Positions 37,170 through 45,181 of a DNA stretch of 64,000 nucleotides are shown in pieces (within the stretch, counting starts at the first letter, position 1; every line of letters begins with the position of its first letter). The notes below the pieces were generated by a model that saw nothing but the letters and a program-made list of their open reading frames with translations, searched no databases and was not told the DNA's origin. The stretch spans positions 14,963-78,962 of the forward strand of contig JBGATK010000005.1 in NCBI GenBank assembly GCA_044229265.1. Reading direction: 5' to 3'. Source of the stretch: Minisyncoccia bacterium. Lineage in GTDB: Bacteria > Patescibacteriota > Minisyncoccia > Phycocordibacterales > UBA9973. Both the position numbers and the translations under genes were made by a program.

Positions 37170-38393
37170 ATGCCTAAAATAAACCCTGAAATAGAAAGTT
37201 TTGCTCGAATTATGGTCATCGGCGTCGGTGGCTCTGGTAAAAATGCAGTAAACCACATGATATCTTCAAAAGTAAAAGGAGTTTCTTTTATCTGCATGAA
37301 TACCGATACTCAAGACTTGCACCACTCCCTCGCAGAAAAGAAAATTCATATTGGTAAGAACTTAACTAAAGGCTTAGGTGCTGGTATGAATCCAGAAATA
37401 GGTAAAAAAGCTGCCGAAGAAACTAAGTCAGAAATCCAAGATGTAGTCAAAGGTGCAGATATGATATTTATAGCTTGCGGTATGGGTGGAGGCACAGGCA
37501 CAGGTGCTGCACCTATCGTAGCTCGTATAGCACGTGAACAAGGTATACTAACCGTAGCTGTAACCACCAAGCCATTTATTTTCGAAGGTGCTCATCGTAT
37601 GCGCCTAGCTGAAAAAGGAATTGAGGAGCTAGCTCGTGAAGTAGATGCAATAATAACTATTCCAAATGACAAGCTATTGCAACTAGCAGATAAAAATACA
37701 AATTTCAAAGATGCTTTCGCAATGTGCGACAATATTTTGCGCCAAGCAGTCGAAGGTATTTCTGACCTTATAACTACTCCTGGTATTATCAATGTAGACT
37801 TTGCTGACATTAAAGCAGTGATGCAAGACGCGGGATCAGCCCTCATGGGCATAGGTATAGCTAGTGGTGAAAAACGTGCAGAACAAGCAGCATTGCAAGC
37901 TATCAATTCCCCACTTCTCGAAGTTTCTATAAATGGTGCTAAGGGTGTACTCTTTGCTATTTCTGGTGGCGACGATATCACTATTCATGAAATTCAAGAA
38001 GCTGCTAAAATAATTACAGAATCTATCGATAAAGATGCGAAAGTTATTTTTGGGACTATTCGTGATGAAAAAATGAAAAAAGGTGAAATCAAAGTTACTG
38101 TTATCGCTACCTCTTTTGGTACTGATGCTCCAAAGAGAAGCTTATTTGCTGGCACACCTCTTACAAATCAAACTCCAGTAAAAGAAGAAACTGCACCAAT
38201 TGTAAAAAAAGAAGTTCGAAATACTATTGAACAAAATATAAACCCAAATCCTGCACCTACTCCAATACAAAATCCAGGAAGTGAATTCTTGCGTAAAGTA
38301 GAGAAAAAAATAGAACCAGAAGAAATAATTATAGATGATGACAATGACGATTGGTCTGCAGTGCCTGCATTTCTCCGCAGAAACAAAAAGTAA
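37170..38393 (+). CDS. ftsZ: Cell division protein FtsZ (start chosen at MPKINPE)
   Basis: GVGGSGKNAVN and the tubulin signature GGGTGTGAAP. The ORF track begins at an upstream in-frame ATG (37119). Confidence 0.9.
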   Translation: MPKINPEIESFARIMVIGVGGSGKNAVNHMISSKVKGVSFICMNTDTQDLHHSLAEKKIHIGKNLTKGLGAGMNPEIGKKAAEETKSEIQDVVKGADMIFIACGMGGGTGTGAAPIVARIAREQGILTVAVTTKPFIFEGAHRMRLAEKGIEELAREVDAIITIPNDKLLQLADKNTNFKDAFAMCDNILRQAVEGISDLITTPGIINVDFADIKAVMQDAGSALMGIGIASGEKRAEQAALQAINSPLLEVSINGAKGVLFAISGGDDITIHEIQEAAKIITESIDKDAKVIFGTIRDEKMKKGEIKVTVIATSFGTDAPKRSLFAGTPLTNQTPVKEETAPIVKKEVRNTIEQNINPNPAPTPIQNPGSEFLRKVEKKIEPEEIIIDDDNDDWSAVPAFLRRNKK

Positions 38394-38400
38394 ATTCTTA

Positions 38401-38426
38401 AAAAACCACAGAAATGTGGTTTTTTA
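38401..38426 (+). terminator. Rho-independent terminator after ftsZ
   Basis: AACCACA-GAAA-TGTGGTT hairpin followed by a T-run. Confidence 0.5.
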
Positions 38427-38458
38427 ATTTATTTGACATATATGTTATAATGCAATAT

Positions 38459-39391
38459 ATGACATACGATTTAATAATTATTGGGGGCGGACCAGCTGGA
38501 GTATCAGCTAGTGTTTATGCTTCTCGCAAAAGATTAAATACCCTTTTTATAACTGCAGAATGGGGCGGGCAAAGTATAGTATCAGACACTATTTACAACT
38601 GGATAGGAACTCCTGCTATTTCTGGACATGAACTCGCAGAAAATTTCAAAAAACACGTCATGGTAAATTCAGGCGAAGGACAAACTCTAAAAGTCAAAGA
38701 AGGTAATAAAGTAAACAAAATAGAGAAAAAAGAAAATAATTTTTTAGTTTATACTGACGATGGCGAAAATTTTGAAACTAAAACTGTGCTCATAGCTACT
38801 GGATCAAATCGCCGTCAATTAAATGCTAAAAATGCAGATACTCTAGAACACAAGGGACTTACCTATTGTGCTTCTTGTGATGGGCCACTTTTTTCTGATA
38901 TGGATGTAGCTGTCATAGGTGGAGGTAATGCTGGTTTTGAAACAGCAGCTCAATTGCTCGCTTACTGTAAATCTGTAACCCTCATAAATAGGACAGACAC
39001 TTTTCGAGCTGATGAAATAACCGTAGAAAAAGTTTTAGCGAATCCAAAAATGTCAGTTATAAAAAATGCGGAAATTCTAGAAATTTTAGGCGATAAATTT
39101 GTATCAGGATTAAAATACAAAGACACACTCACTAATGAAGAAAAAGAATTATCTGTTTCAGGAATATTTGTAGAAATAGGACAAATACCAGCGACAAGTT
39201 TTGCAAAAGACTTAGTCGAGCTCGATGAACTGGGCCGAGTAAAAATCAACTATGCAAATCAACAAACAAGCACTCCTGGCGTTTGGGCTGCTGGCGATTG
39301 CACTAATATACTCTACCACCAGAACAATATAGCCTCTGGCGATGCTGTCCGCGCCCTAGAAGACATATATTTGTATATCCACACTAGATAA
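38459..39391 (+). CDS. trxB: Thioredoxin-disulfide reductase (start chosen at MTYDLIIIGGGPAG)
   Basis: FAD GxGxxG (IIIGGGPAG), redox-active CASCDG and NADPH-binding GGGNAG motifs. Confidence 0.8.
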   Translation: MTYDLIIIGGGPAGVSASVYASRKRLNTLFITAEWGGQSIVSDTIYNWIGTPAISGHELAENFKKHVMVNSGEGQTLKVKEGNKVNKIEKKENNFLVYTDDGENFETKTVLIATGSNRRQLNAKNADTLEHKGLTYCASCDGPLFSDMDVAVIGGGNAGFETAAQLLAYCKSVTLINRTDTFRADEITVEKVLANPKMSVIKNAEILEILGDKFVSGLKYKDTLTNEEKELSVSGIFVEIGQIPATSFAKDLVELDELGRVKINYANQQTSTPGVWAAGDCTNILYHQNNIASGDAVRALEDIYLYIHTR

Positions 39392-39422
39392 TATTGCCAA
39401 AAACACCCCTTTGTGGTAATTT

Positions 39423-39456
39423 AAACAACAGATTTAAATCTGTTGTTTTCATTTTT
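39423..39456 (+). terminator. Perfect 26-bp palindrome hairpin after trxB (putative terminator)
   Basis: AAACAACAGATTT/AAATCTGTTGTTT followed by a T-rich stretch. Confidence 0.45.
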
Positions 39457-39478
39457 CACACAATTAAAAACTTAAGTT

Positions 39479-39799
39479 ATGAACAAAAAATCATCTCCTG
39501 CTTTTTCTGTAACAGGAACTAGCGACCAGGGTTTATTTGAAATTAAACCTGAAAAATTCTTCTCCATTTCCGGTTATGGAAAAGGTAAACACAAAGTTGT
39601 CTTGATTGGGGAGGTAAAAAGAGGCGTAGTTCAAAATGACAACACCATTGCATTAAGTAATGGGAAAAAAATCTTGACAGCTAGAGTAGTCCGGATTGAA
39701 ATGAACAATCAAAAACTTCAAGAAGCCGTGCCGGGAGAAAGTATAGGTATTCAGCTTTCTGGAGTAAGAATCCAAGAGTTAAGGGAGTTGACTGCTTAA
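39479..39799 (+). CDS. Standalone EF-Tu domain II-like beta-barrel protein
   Basis: FSISGYGKG..V.GEVKRGVV...ARVVRIEM..QKLQEAVPGESIGIQLSGV aligns by eye to EF-Tu domain 2 (FSISGRGTVVTGRVERG...TGVEMF.K.LDEGRAGENVGVLLRGI). 106 aa with no GTPase domain. Confidence 0.5.
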   Translation: MNKKSSPAFSVTGTSDQGLFEIKPEKFFSISGYGKGKHKVVLIGEVKRGVVQNDNTIALSNGKKILTARVVRIEMNNQKLQEAVPGESIGIQLSGVRIQELRELTA

Positions 39800-39818
39800 G
39801 AGTCTAAAAATTAAAAAT

Positions 39819-39845
39819 AGCGGATACAAATTATTTGTTTCCGCT
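39819..39845. terminator. Bidirectional hairpin terminator
   Basis: AGCGGATACAAAT...ATTTGTTTCCGCT extended stem flanked by A and T runs, between convergent ORFs. Confidence 0.4.
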
Positions 39846-40065
39846 ATTTCTTTTTGTCTTTTTTATGATGTGGATGGTGAATAATAATGAGAGCTAAGCC
39901 GCTCAAAATCATAATACCTATACCTGTCAATGCATCTTTTTCCCAATCCCCTTTCTTGATGCAGGTCATTAGAAGCCATACTAAACTTCCTAAAAATAAT
40001 AATTCATAAATATAAGCCAAAATACGGTAGCCTATATGATGTTTTGGTTCATCCTCCCTCTCCAT
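39844..40065 (-). CDS. Small two-helix membrane protein
   Basis: 73 aa with two hydrophobic helices and a His/Lys-rich C-terminus (HHPHHKKDKKK). Confidence 0.35.
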   Translation of the reverse strand: MEREDEPKHHIGYRILAYIYELLFLGSLVWLLMTCIKKGDWEKDALTGIGIMILSGLALIIIHHPHHKKDKKK

Positions 40066-40147
40066 AATTTTGGTTTTGAATTAAAAAATAAAAAGCTATG
40101 TCGGAATACATACTACCATTTTTATGAATTATTTCAATTTTAAAATT

Positions 40148-40175
40148 TTGTGTTTATTTTTCTTTGTGTTATAAT
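40148..40175 (+). promoter_or_regulatory. Sigma70-like promoter with extended -10 upstream of tRNA-Glu(TTC)
   Basis: TTGTGT (40148-40153), a 16-nt spacer, then TGTTATAAT (40167-40175), about 18 nt before the tRNA 5' end. Confidence 0.45.
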
Positions 40176-40193
40176 CTTTTTTGTATAAATAAT

Positions 40194-40265
40194 GGCCTCA
40201 TCGTCTAGTGGTTAGGACAGCGGGTTTTCAATCCGTTAACGGGAGTTCAATTCTCCCTGAGGTCA
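40194..40265 (+). tRNA. tRNA-Glu (anticodon TTC)
   Basis: Cloverleaf folded by hand. The D-arm is identical in type to the other tRNA-Glu. Anticodon stem GCGGG/TCCGT has two G-U pairs, loop TTTTCAA, T-arm GGGAG-TTCAATT-CTCCC. No CCA encoded. Confidence 0.8.
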
Positions 40266-40278
40266 CAAATACAAAAAA

Positions 40279-40638
40279 ATGAACAAAAAGAAAAACGGTA
40301 GTCCGGATTTGGATAAAAAAATCAAAAATTATTTAATAGACATAGATGGCACAATTTGCGAAGATATTCCAAACGAAGAGGCGTATCGAATGCCAAAAGC
40401 CAAGGAACTTCTAGGGGCGAAAAACTGGGTAAATAATTTGTATAAAAAAGGTCACATTATCACCTTTTTTACTTCTCGCACAGACGCGCACAAAAAAGCC
40501 ACAATAGGATGGCTGAAAGAACATGGTTTTAAATACCACACCATTATTTTCAACAAACCTCGTGGTGGAAACTATATTTGGCTAGACGACAAAAAAACTA
40601 AAACCATACTTTTTAAAGGCAAATTTCCAAAAATTTAA
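40279..40638 (+). CDS. Minimal capless HAD-superfamily phosphatase-like protein
   Basis: Motif I LIDIDGTI (DxDGT), motif II FFTSR, a later Lys and motif IV WLDD. Only 119 aa. Confidence 0.5.
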   Translation: MNKKKNGSPDLDKKIKNYLIDIDGTICEDIPNEEAYRMPKAKELLGAKNWVNNLYKKGHIITFFTSRTDAHKKATIGWLKEHGFKYHTIIFNKPRGGNYIWLDDKKTKTILFKGKFPKI

Positions 40639-40693
40639 ATAAAAAGTCAAAGTCCTTTTAATTTAGCACAAAAATGCTATAATCTTCCCTATT

Positions 40694-41443
40694 ATGACAA
40701 GCAATGTGCAAATTATAATATTGGCAGCTGGCAAAGGAACACGAATGGAAACCGATAACCCAAAAGCCCTAACTCTACTCTCTGGTAAGACTTTTTTAGC
40801 GCATGTGCTCGACACTGTAGCCAAACTTAATTTACCGTTAAAACCCATAATCGTAGTTGGCTATCAAAAAGAAAAAATAATAGAAACTTTGGGTAATGTG
40901 TATCATTTTGCAGAACAAAAAGAACAGCTTGGTACAGGTCATGCAGTACTTGTGGCAAAAGAAAAAGCTGAAAGTGATCATGACGTAGTAGTGGTTCTTT
41001 ATGCGGATCACCCGCTCATAAGCTCACAAACTATTTTAAATATGATAAAAAAACAAAAAGAAACTGGAGCGCCAGTAGTCATGGCACCAACCATTATTCC
41101 AAATTATGAAAATTGGTATTCATCATTTATAAAATGGGGACGAATAAAAAGAGATAGTGCTGGAAAAATCTCTGGAATTGTAGAATACAAAGACGCAAAT
41201 GATGAAGAAAAAAATATTACAGAAATTACTCCAGGGTATTTTGCTTTTGATGCAAAGTGGATGTGGGAGAATTTGAAAAAACTAGACAACAATAATGCGC
41301 AAAATGAATATTATCTAACCTATCTTGTAAATATTGCCCTTGCAGAAAATAAAATTGTAGAAAGTATTCAAATCCCTCCCGAAGAAGCCATCGGGGCGAA
41401 TTCAAAAGAAGAATTAGAAATTCTTGAAAAACTCATAAAATAA
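40694..41443 (+). CDS. Sugar-phosphate nucleotidyltransferase (GlmU N-terminal-domain-like)
   Basis: LAAGKGTRM (G-x-G-T-R) nucleotide-binding motif and a Rossmann-like fold. 249 aa with no acetyltransferase LbH domain. Confidence 0.65.
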   Translation: MTSNVQIIILAAGKGTRMETDNPKALTLLSGKTFLAHVLDTVAKLNLPLKPIIVVGYQKEKIIETLGNVYHFAEQKEQLGTGHAVLVAKEKAESDHDVVVVLYADHPLISSQTILNMIKKQKETGAPVVMAPTIIPNYENWYSSFIKWGRIKRDSAGKISGIVEYKDANDEEKNITEITPGYFAFDAKWMWENLKKLDNNNAQNEYYLTYLVNIALAENKIVESIQIPPEEAIGANSKEELEILEKLIK

Positions 41444-41517
41444 CTATTTTGCAAAAAACAAAGTGCAGAGTATAATAAATACTCATTAATATTAATCCGC
41501 TTTGCGGGAATAAACAT

Positions 41518-42747
41518 ATGCACAATCCATTTGAGAATGCCATGGCTCAGCTAGACAAAGTAGCTAAAATAAAAGACTTTGGTAGTGAATTTATAAACCA
41601 ACTACGTGCTCCAAACCGCGACATACGGATTTCTATCCCTGTAAAAATGGACGATGGCACTCAAAGGATTTTTGAAGGCTACAGAGTGGAATATAATGAC
41701 GCTCTTGGACCTTACAAGGGTGGCATTCGTTATCACTCTCTAACTGAAATCAACGAAGTCAAAGCTCTTGCTTTTTGGATGGCTATCAAATGTGCTGTAG
41801 CTGGCATACCTATGGGTGGAGGCAAAGGTGGCATTACTGTTGACCCGAAAGATTTATCCAAAGCTGAACTAGAAAGACTTTCTCGTGGCTGGGTAAAAAG
41901 ACTTTATGAAATACTTGGGCCACATAAAGATGTGCCTGCGCCGGATGTGAATACTACTGGTGAGATAATGAACTGGATGAATGATGAATACATGAAGCTC
42001 TCTGGCGAAAAAACTCTCGCTACTTTTACTGGCAAACCCCTTAGCTCTGGTGGATCAGAAGGCCGTGAGAGTGCTACAGGCCTCGGAGGATACTATGTTT
42101 TTAAAGCTCTGCAAGAAAAACTAGGCTTACCAGAAAAATGCTCTGTAGTTATACAAGGCTTTGGCAATGTAGGCTCTTTTGCCATGAAAAGCTTTGTAAA
42201 TGGAGGACATAAAGTCATGGCTATCTCAGACTCTAAAGGTGGAGTTTACAGTGAAGCTGGGCTTGATTTTGAGGCTTTGGTGGCACACAAAAAGGCTACA
42301 GGGTCGCTCGCAGACTATCCTGGTGCAAAAAATGTAAGTAATGAAGAACTGCTCGAAATACAGTGCGATGTGCTCGTGCCAGCAGCTTTTGAAAATCAAA
42401 TTACAGATAAAAATGCAAATAATATAAAAGCTAAAGTAGTGCTAGAACTTGCAAATGGTCCAACCACACCAGAGGCTGATGAAATACTATCTGGTAAGGG
42501 TATCGCTGTGATTCCTGATGTGCTCGCGAATTCTGGTGGAGTAACTGTCTCGTATTTCGAATGGGATCAAAATTTAAAAAATGAAAAATGGAATGAAGCT
42601 GATGTAAATATCAAGCTAGACGAAATCCTAAAAGATTCTGCAAGTAAAATTTTTGATATTTCAAAAGAACACAATACTACCCTGCGCAACAGCGCTTTTA
42701 TACTAGCCCTCGACAGAATTAAAGCAAAAACCCCGACGCATTTATAA
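41518..42747 (+). CDS. gdhA: Glutamate dehydrogenase (Glu/Leu/Phe/Val dehydrogenase family)
   Basis: KCAVAGIPMGGGKGG catalytic Lys/Gly-rich motif and NAD(P) GFGNVG motif. Confidence 0.9.
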   Translation: MHNPFENAMAQLDKVAKIKDFGSEFINQLRAPNRDIRISIPVKMDDGTQRIFEGYRVEYNDALGPYKGGIRYHSLTEINEVKALAFWMAIKCAVAGIPMGGGKGGITVDPKDLSKAELERLSRGWVKRLYEILGPHKDVPAPDVNTTGEIMNWMNDEYMKLSGEKTLATFTGKPLSSGGSEGRESATGLGGYYVFKALQEKLGLPEKCSVVIQGFGNVGSFAMKSFVNGGHKVMAISDSKGGVYSEAGLDFEALVAHKKATGSLADYPGAKNVSNEELLEIQCDVLVPAAFENQITDKNANNIKAKVVLELANGPTTPEADEILSGKGIAVIPDVLANSGGVTVSYFEWDQNLKNEKWNEADVNIKLDEILKDSASKIFDISKEHNTTLRNSAFILALDRIKAKTPTHL

Positions 42748-42779
42748 AAATGGTCGGGGAGCCGACTTAAACGTCGGCT
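42731..42779. repeat. CCCCGAC-family GC-rich double hairpin (copy A)
   Basis: CCCCGAC-(15 nt)-GTCGGGG immediately followed by AGCCGAC-TTAAAC-GTCGGCT. Overlaps the last gdhA codons and ends 10 bp before the GIY-YIG start. Confidence 0.6.
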
Positions 42780-42788
42780 TGTAATATA

Positions 42789-43049
42789 ATGCCGTGTGTT
42801 TATATATTAAAAAATAAAAATGGAAACTTTTATATAGGTAGCACTATCAATTTAGAAGTTCGTATAAAGCAACACTTATCAGATTATTGTAAAACAACAA
42901 AAAGATTGGGTGCCTACGAGCTGGTATTTCATCAAAATTATGAAAATATAAAAGATGCTAGAAGAATTGAATATAAATTAAAACAATTGAAAAGAAAGGA
43001 TTATATTGCTAATATAATAAAAGATGGTTTTATTAAGATAAAACCATAG
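42789..43049 (+). CDS. Small GIY-YIG nuclease family protein
   Basis: MPCVYILKNKNGNFYIGSTINLEVRIKQH... contains GIY(x10)YIG with a conserved Arg and Glu. 86 aa. Paralogous to 55364..55642. Confidence 0.8.
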   Translation: MPCVYILKNKNGNFYIGSTINLEVRIKQHLSDYCKTTKRLGAYELVFHQNYENIKDARRIEYKLKQLKRKDYIANIIKDGFIKIKP

Positions 43050-43052
43050 TTT

Positions 43053-43125
43053 GGGCGGTTAGCTCAGTTGGTAGAGCGCAATATTGACGTTATTGATGTC
43101 AGAGGTTCGAATCCTCTACCGCCCA
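43053..43125 (+). tRNA. tRNA-Val (anticodon GAC)
   Basis: Acceptor GGGCGGT/ACCGCCC, D-arm GCTC-AGTTGGTA-GAGC, anticodon stem CAATA/TATTG, loop TTGACGT, T-arm AGAGG-TTCGAAT-CCTCT. Starts 4 nt after the GIY-YIG stop. Confidence 0.75.
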
Positions 43126-43197
43126 CTAGAATTGTAATTAGCGGTTTATTCAAAACAAATAGCTTATCGCACACAGAAAATATGCTACTATAAGGAT

Positions 43198-44025
43198 ATG
43201 CAAAATATTCACTTTTTGAATGGGAAATTTGTTAGTGAGGAGGAACTCCTTATCTCCCCTCGAGATTTGGGTTATACGCGTGGTTATGCTGTATTTGATT
43301 TCTTGCGTACTTACAATGGCAAACCATTTCACCTAAGTGAACATATAGAACGACTTTTAAATTCAGCAAAGCTTATTGATCTAAAAATTCCTTATACAAA
43401 AGAAGAAATAGAAAAAATAGTTTTAGAAACTTTAAATAAAAATAATAAAGACACAGAAAAAGCTATTAAAATCATAGCTTCAGGTGGCATTTCGAGCAAA
43501 ATGACTCAAATAGGTTCCCCTACTTTTATGATTTGGATTGATGACATGCCACCTGTGCCACAAGAGTACTATGAAAATGGCATAGGCATAATTACAGTCA
43601 AATACAAAAGATACATGCCAGAAGCTAAAACGAATAATTATATAGAAGGAGTAAAACAAACCCAAATAGCAGAAAGTGTGGGTGCACTCGAGCCGGTGTA
43701 TTTTGACGACGATGGTTTATATGAAAGCTCAAATAGTAATCTTTTTATAATTAAAAATGGCAAAATCTATACTCAAAAAGAAAATATGCTAATTGGTATC
43801 ACTAGGAAAGTTTTAATAGAAATTCTAAAACCTGAATTTATAGTCGAAGAAAAAAATCTAAAAATAGAAGATTTGCTCGGAGCTGATGAAGCATTTTTGA
43901 CAGGCAGTGCCAAAGAGATTTTGCCGATAGTCAAAATAGATGGCAAAATTTTTAGCCTAGGCGTGGTTGGTGAAAATACTAAAAAAATCTTAGAAATATG
44001 GAAGAAATATACAAATAAATATTAA
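43198..44025 (+). CDS. Class IV (branched-chain/D-amino acid) PLP-dependent aminotransferase
   Basis: Fold-type IV aminotransferase length and motifs (..RGYAVFDFLRTYNGKPF...EAFLTGSAKEILPI). Confidence 0.75.
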   Translation: MQNIHFLNGKFVSEEELLISPRDLGYTRGYAVFDFLRTYNGKPFHLSEHIERLLNSAKLIDLKIPYTKEEIEKIVLETLNKNNKDTEKAIKIIASGGISSKMTQIGSPTFMIWIDDMPPVPQEYYENGIGIITVKYKRYMPEAKTNNYIEGVKQTQIAESVGALEPVYFDDDGLYESSNSNLFIIKNGKIYTQKENMLIGITRKVLIEILKPEFIVEEKNLKIEDLLGADEAFLTGSAKEILPIVKIDGKIFSLGVVGENTKKILEIWKKYTNKY

Positions 44026-45167
44026 CTTTCATTAGACAAAGAGTCGTACTTCTTTTCCAATTTACTCTCCCAAAATGATGTTTTAGATCCATTTTTGCGG
44101 GCATCTTGTTCTATGAAAAGAGCATCTTTGTGATCTAACAAATTTATTACCTTAAAACCACCTATCTGAAAATCTGGATGATAAAATTTAATATTTATTT
44201 TCTTTATATTTTTCTCTTGAGTTAATTTTAAAACTTCTTGCATTAAAGAATCATATTCTTCTCTTGAAGATACATCGTTATCTGGTTCATCGGTAATAAG
44301 TAAAATTTCATTATCACTACTGTCTTGTTTTTCTAATTTTGATAATACATGAATCAAAGTACGCAAATGAGCCTCCTGGTTTCCGCCTTCTAAATTTACG
44401 ACTTCAATATTTTTATTGTATGTTTTGTTAATTTCCTGCACTGATTTAATTGCCTCCCCTGCTTCCCCTGCCATAGATTTCGAATGATCTACAATAACTC
44501 TAACTACATTCTTATAAAGGTCTGGAATTTTTTTTATATTATCGGGTTCTATTTCTAAAATCTTTTTTAAAGAAATATCGATACCTTGAGTTCTATCTTT
44601 TAATATTTCTTTCATTTCTTCACTCATATCTTGAATTTGTTCCTCTGTAAAACCCAAATCCAATATGGATTTCTCTAAAGATGAAGATTCTATTTTAATC
44701 TTCTCTATTTCCTCAGGCGAAAAACGTTCAGCTAAAACTTCATTTACCATTTCCAAACCTAATTCCTTTCTTGCTTCACGCAATTCATTATTTTTAGGTG
44801 TAGGCCTTTCTTTAGAACAAAGACCGGTTATGGTTATAATATTTTTTTCAAAATTTACATTTTTTAAGAATTCTCGAATAGCATTCTTGGCATTTTCTCT
44901 AGCATTTGAATCAAAAAATTCCGTAGTGCCTGTTTTGCAAAATTTAGCTATATTCAGACTATCTGAAAATTCTATTTTTTTATTGATATCATAAGTCTCA
45001 GAATCTGATATCTTTGTTTTTTCATTTTTTATTTCAATCTTATTAGGATCTAGTGATTTAGAATCAGAAGCTTTTGTTTCTGTGGCTACACCTAAAGAAC
45101 CAAGCATAGCTGTTCCAACAAGCACCTCTTTTGCATTTTTTCTAAAATTTTTAAAAATATTTTCCAT
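44022..45167 (-). CDS. Secreted von Willebrand factor A (vWA) domain protein
   Basis: Signal peptide, MIDAS-like DHSKSM (DxSxS) and LLITDEPDN motifs. Lies immediately downstream of the NHL giant protein on the same strand. Confidence 0.55.
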   Translation of the reverse strand: MENIFKNFRKNAKEVLVGTAMLGSLGVATETKASDSKSLDPNKIEIKNEKTKISDSETYDINKKIEFSDSLNIAKFCKTGTTEFFDSNARENAKNAIREFLKNVNFEKNIITITGLCSKERPTPKNNELREARKELGLEMVNEVLAERFSPEEIEKIKIESSSLEKSILDLGFTEEQIQDMSEEMKEILKDRTQGIDISLKKILEIEPDNIKKIPDLYKNVVRVIVDHSKSMAGEAGEAIKSVQEINKTYNKNIEVVNLEGGNQEAHLRTLIHVLSKLEKQDSSDNEILLITDEPDNDVSSREEYDSLMQEVLKLTQEKNIKKINIKFYHPDFQIGGFKVINLLDHKDALFIEQDARKNGSKTSFWESKLEKKYDSLSNES

Positions 45168-45181
45168 TAAATCAAAAATAA

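Noticed and set aside
38433-38451. TTGACA and TATAAT hexamers upstream of trxB
   Set aside because: Spacer is only 7 nt, incompatible with a sigma70 promoter.
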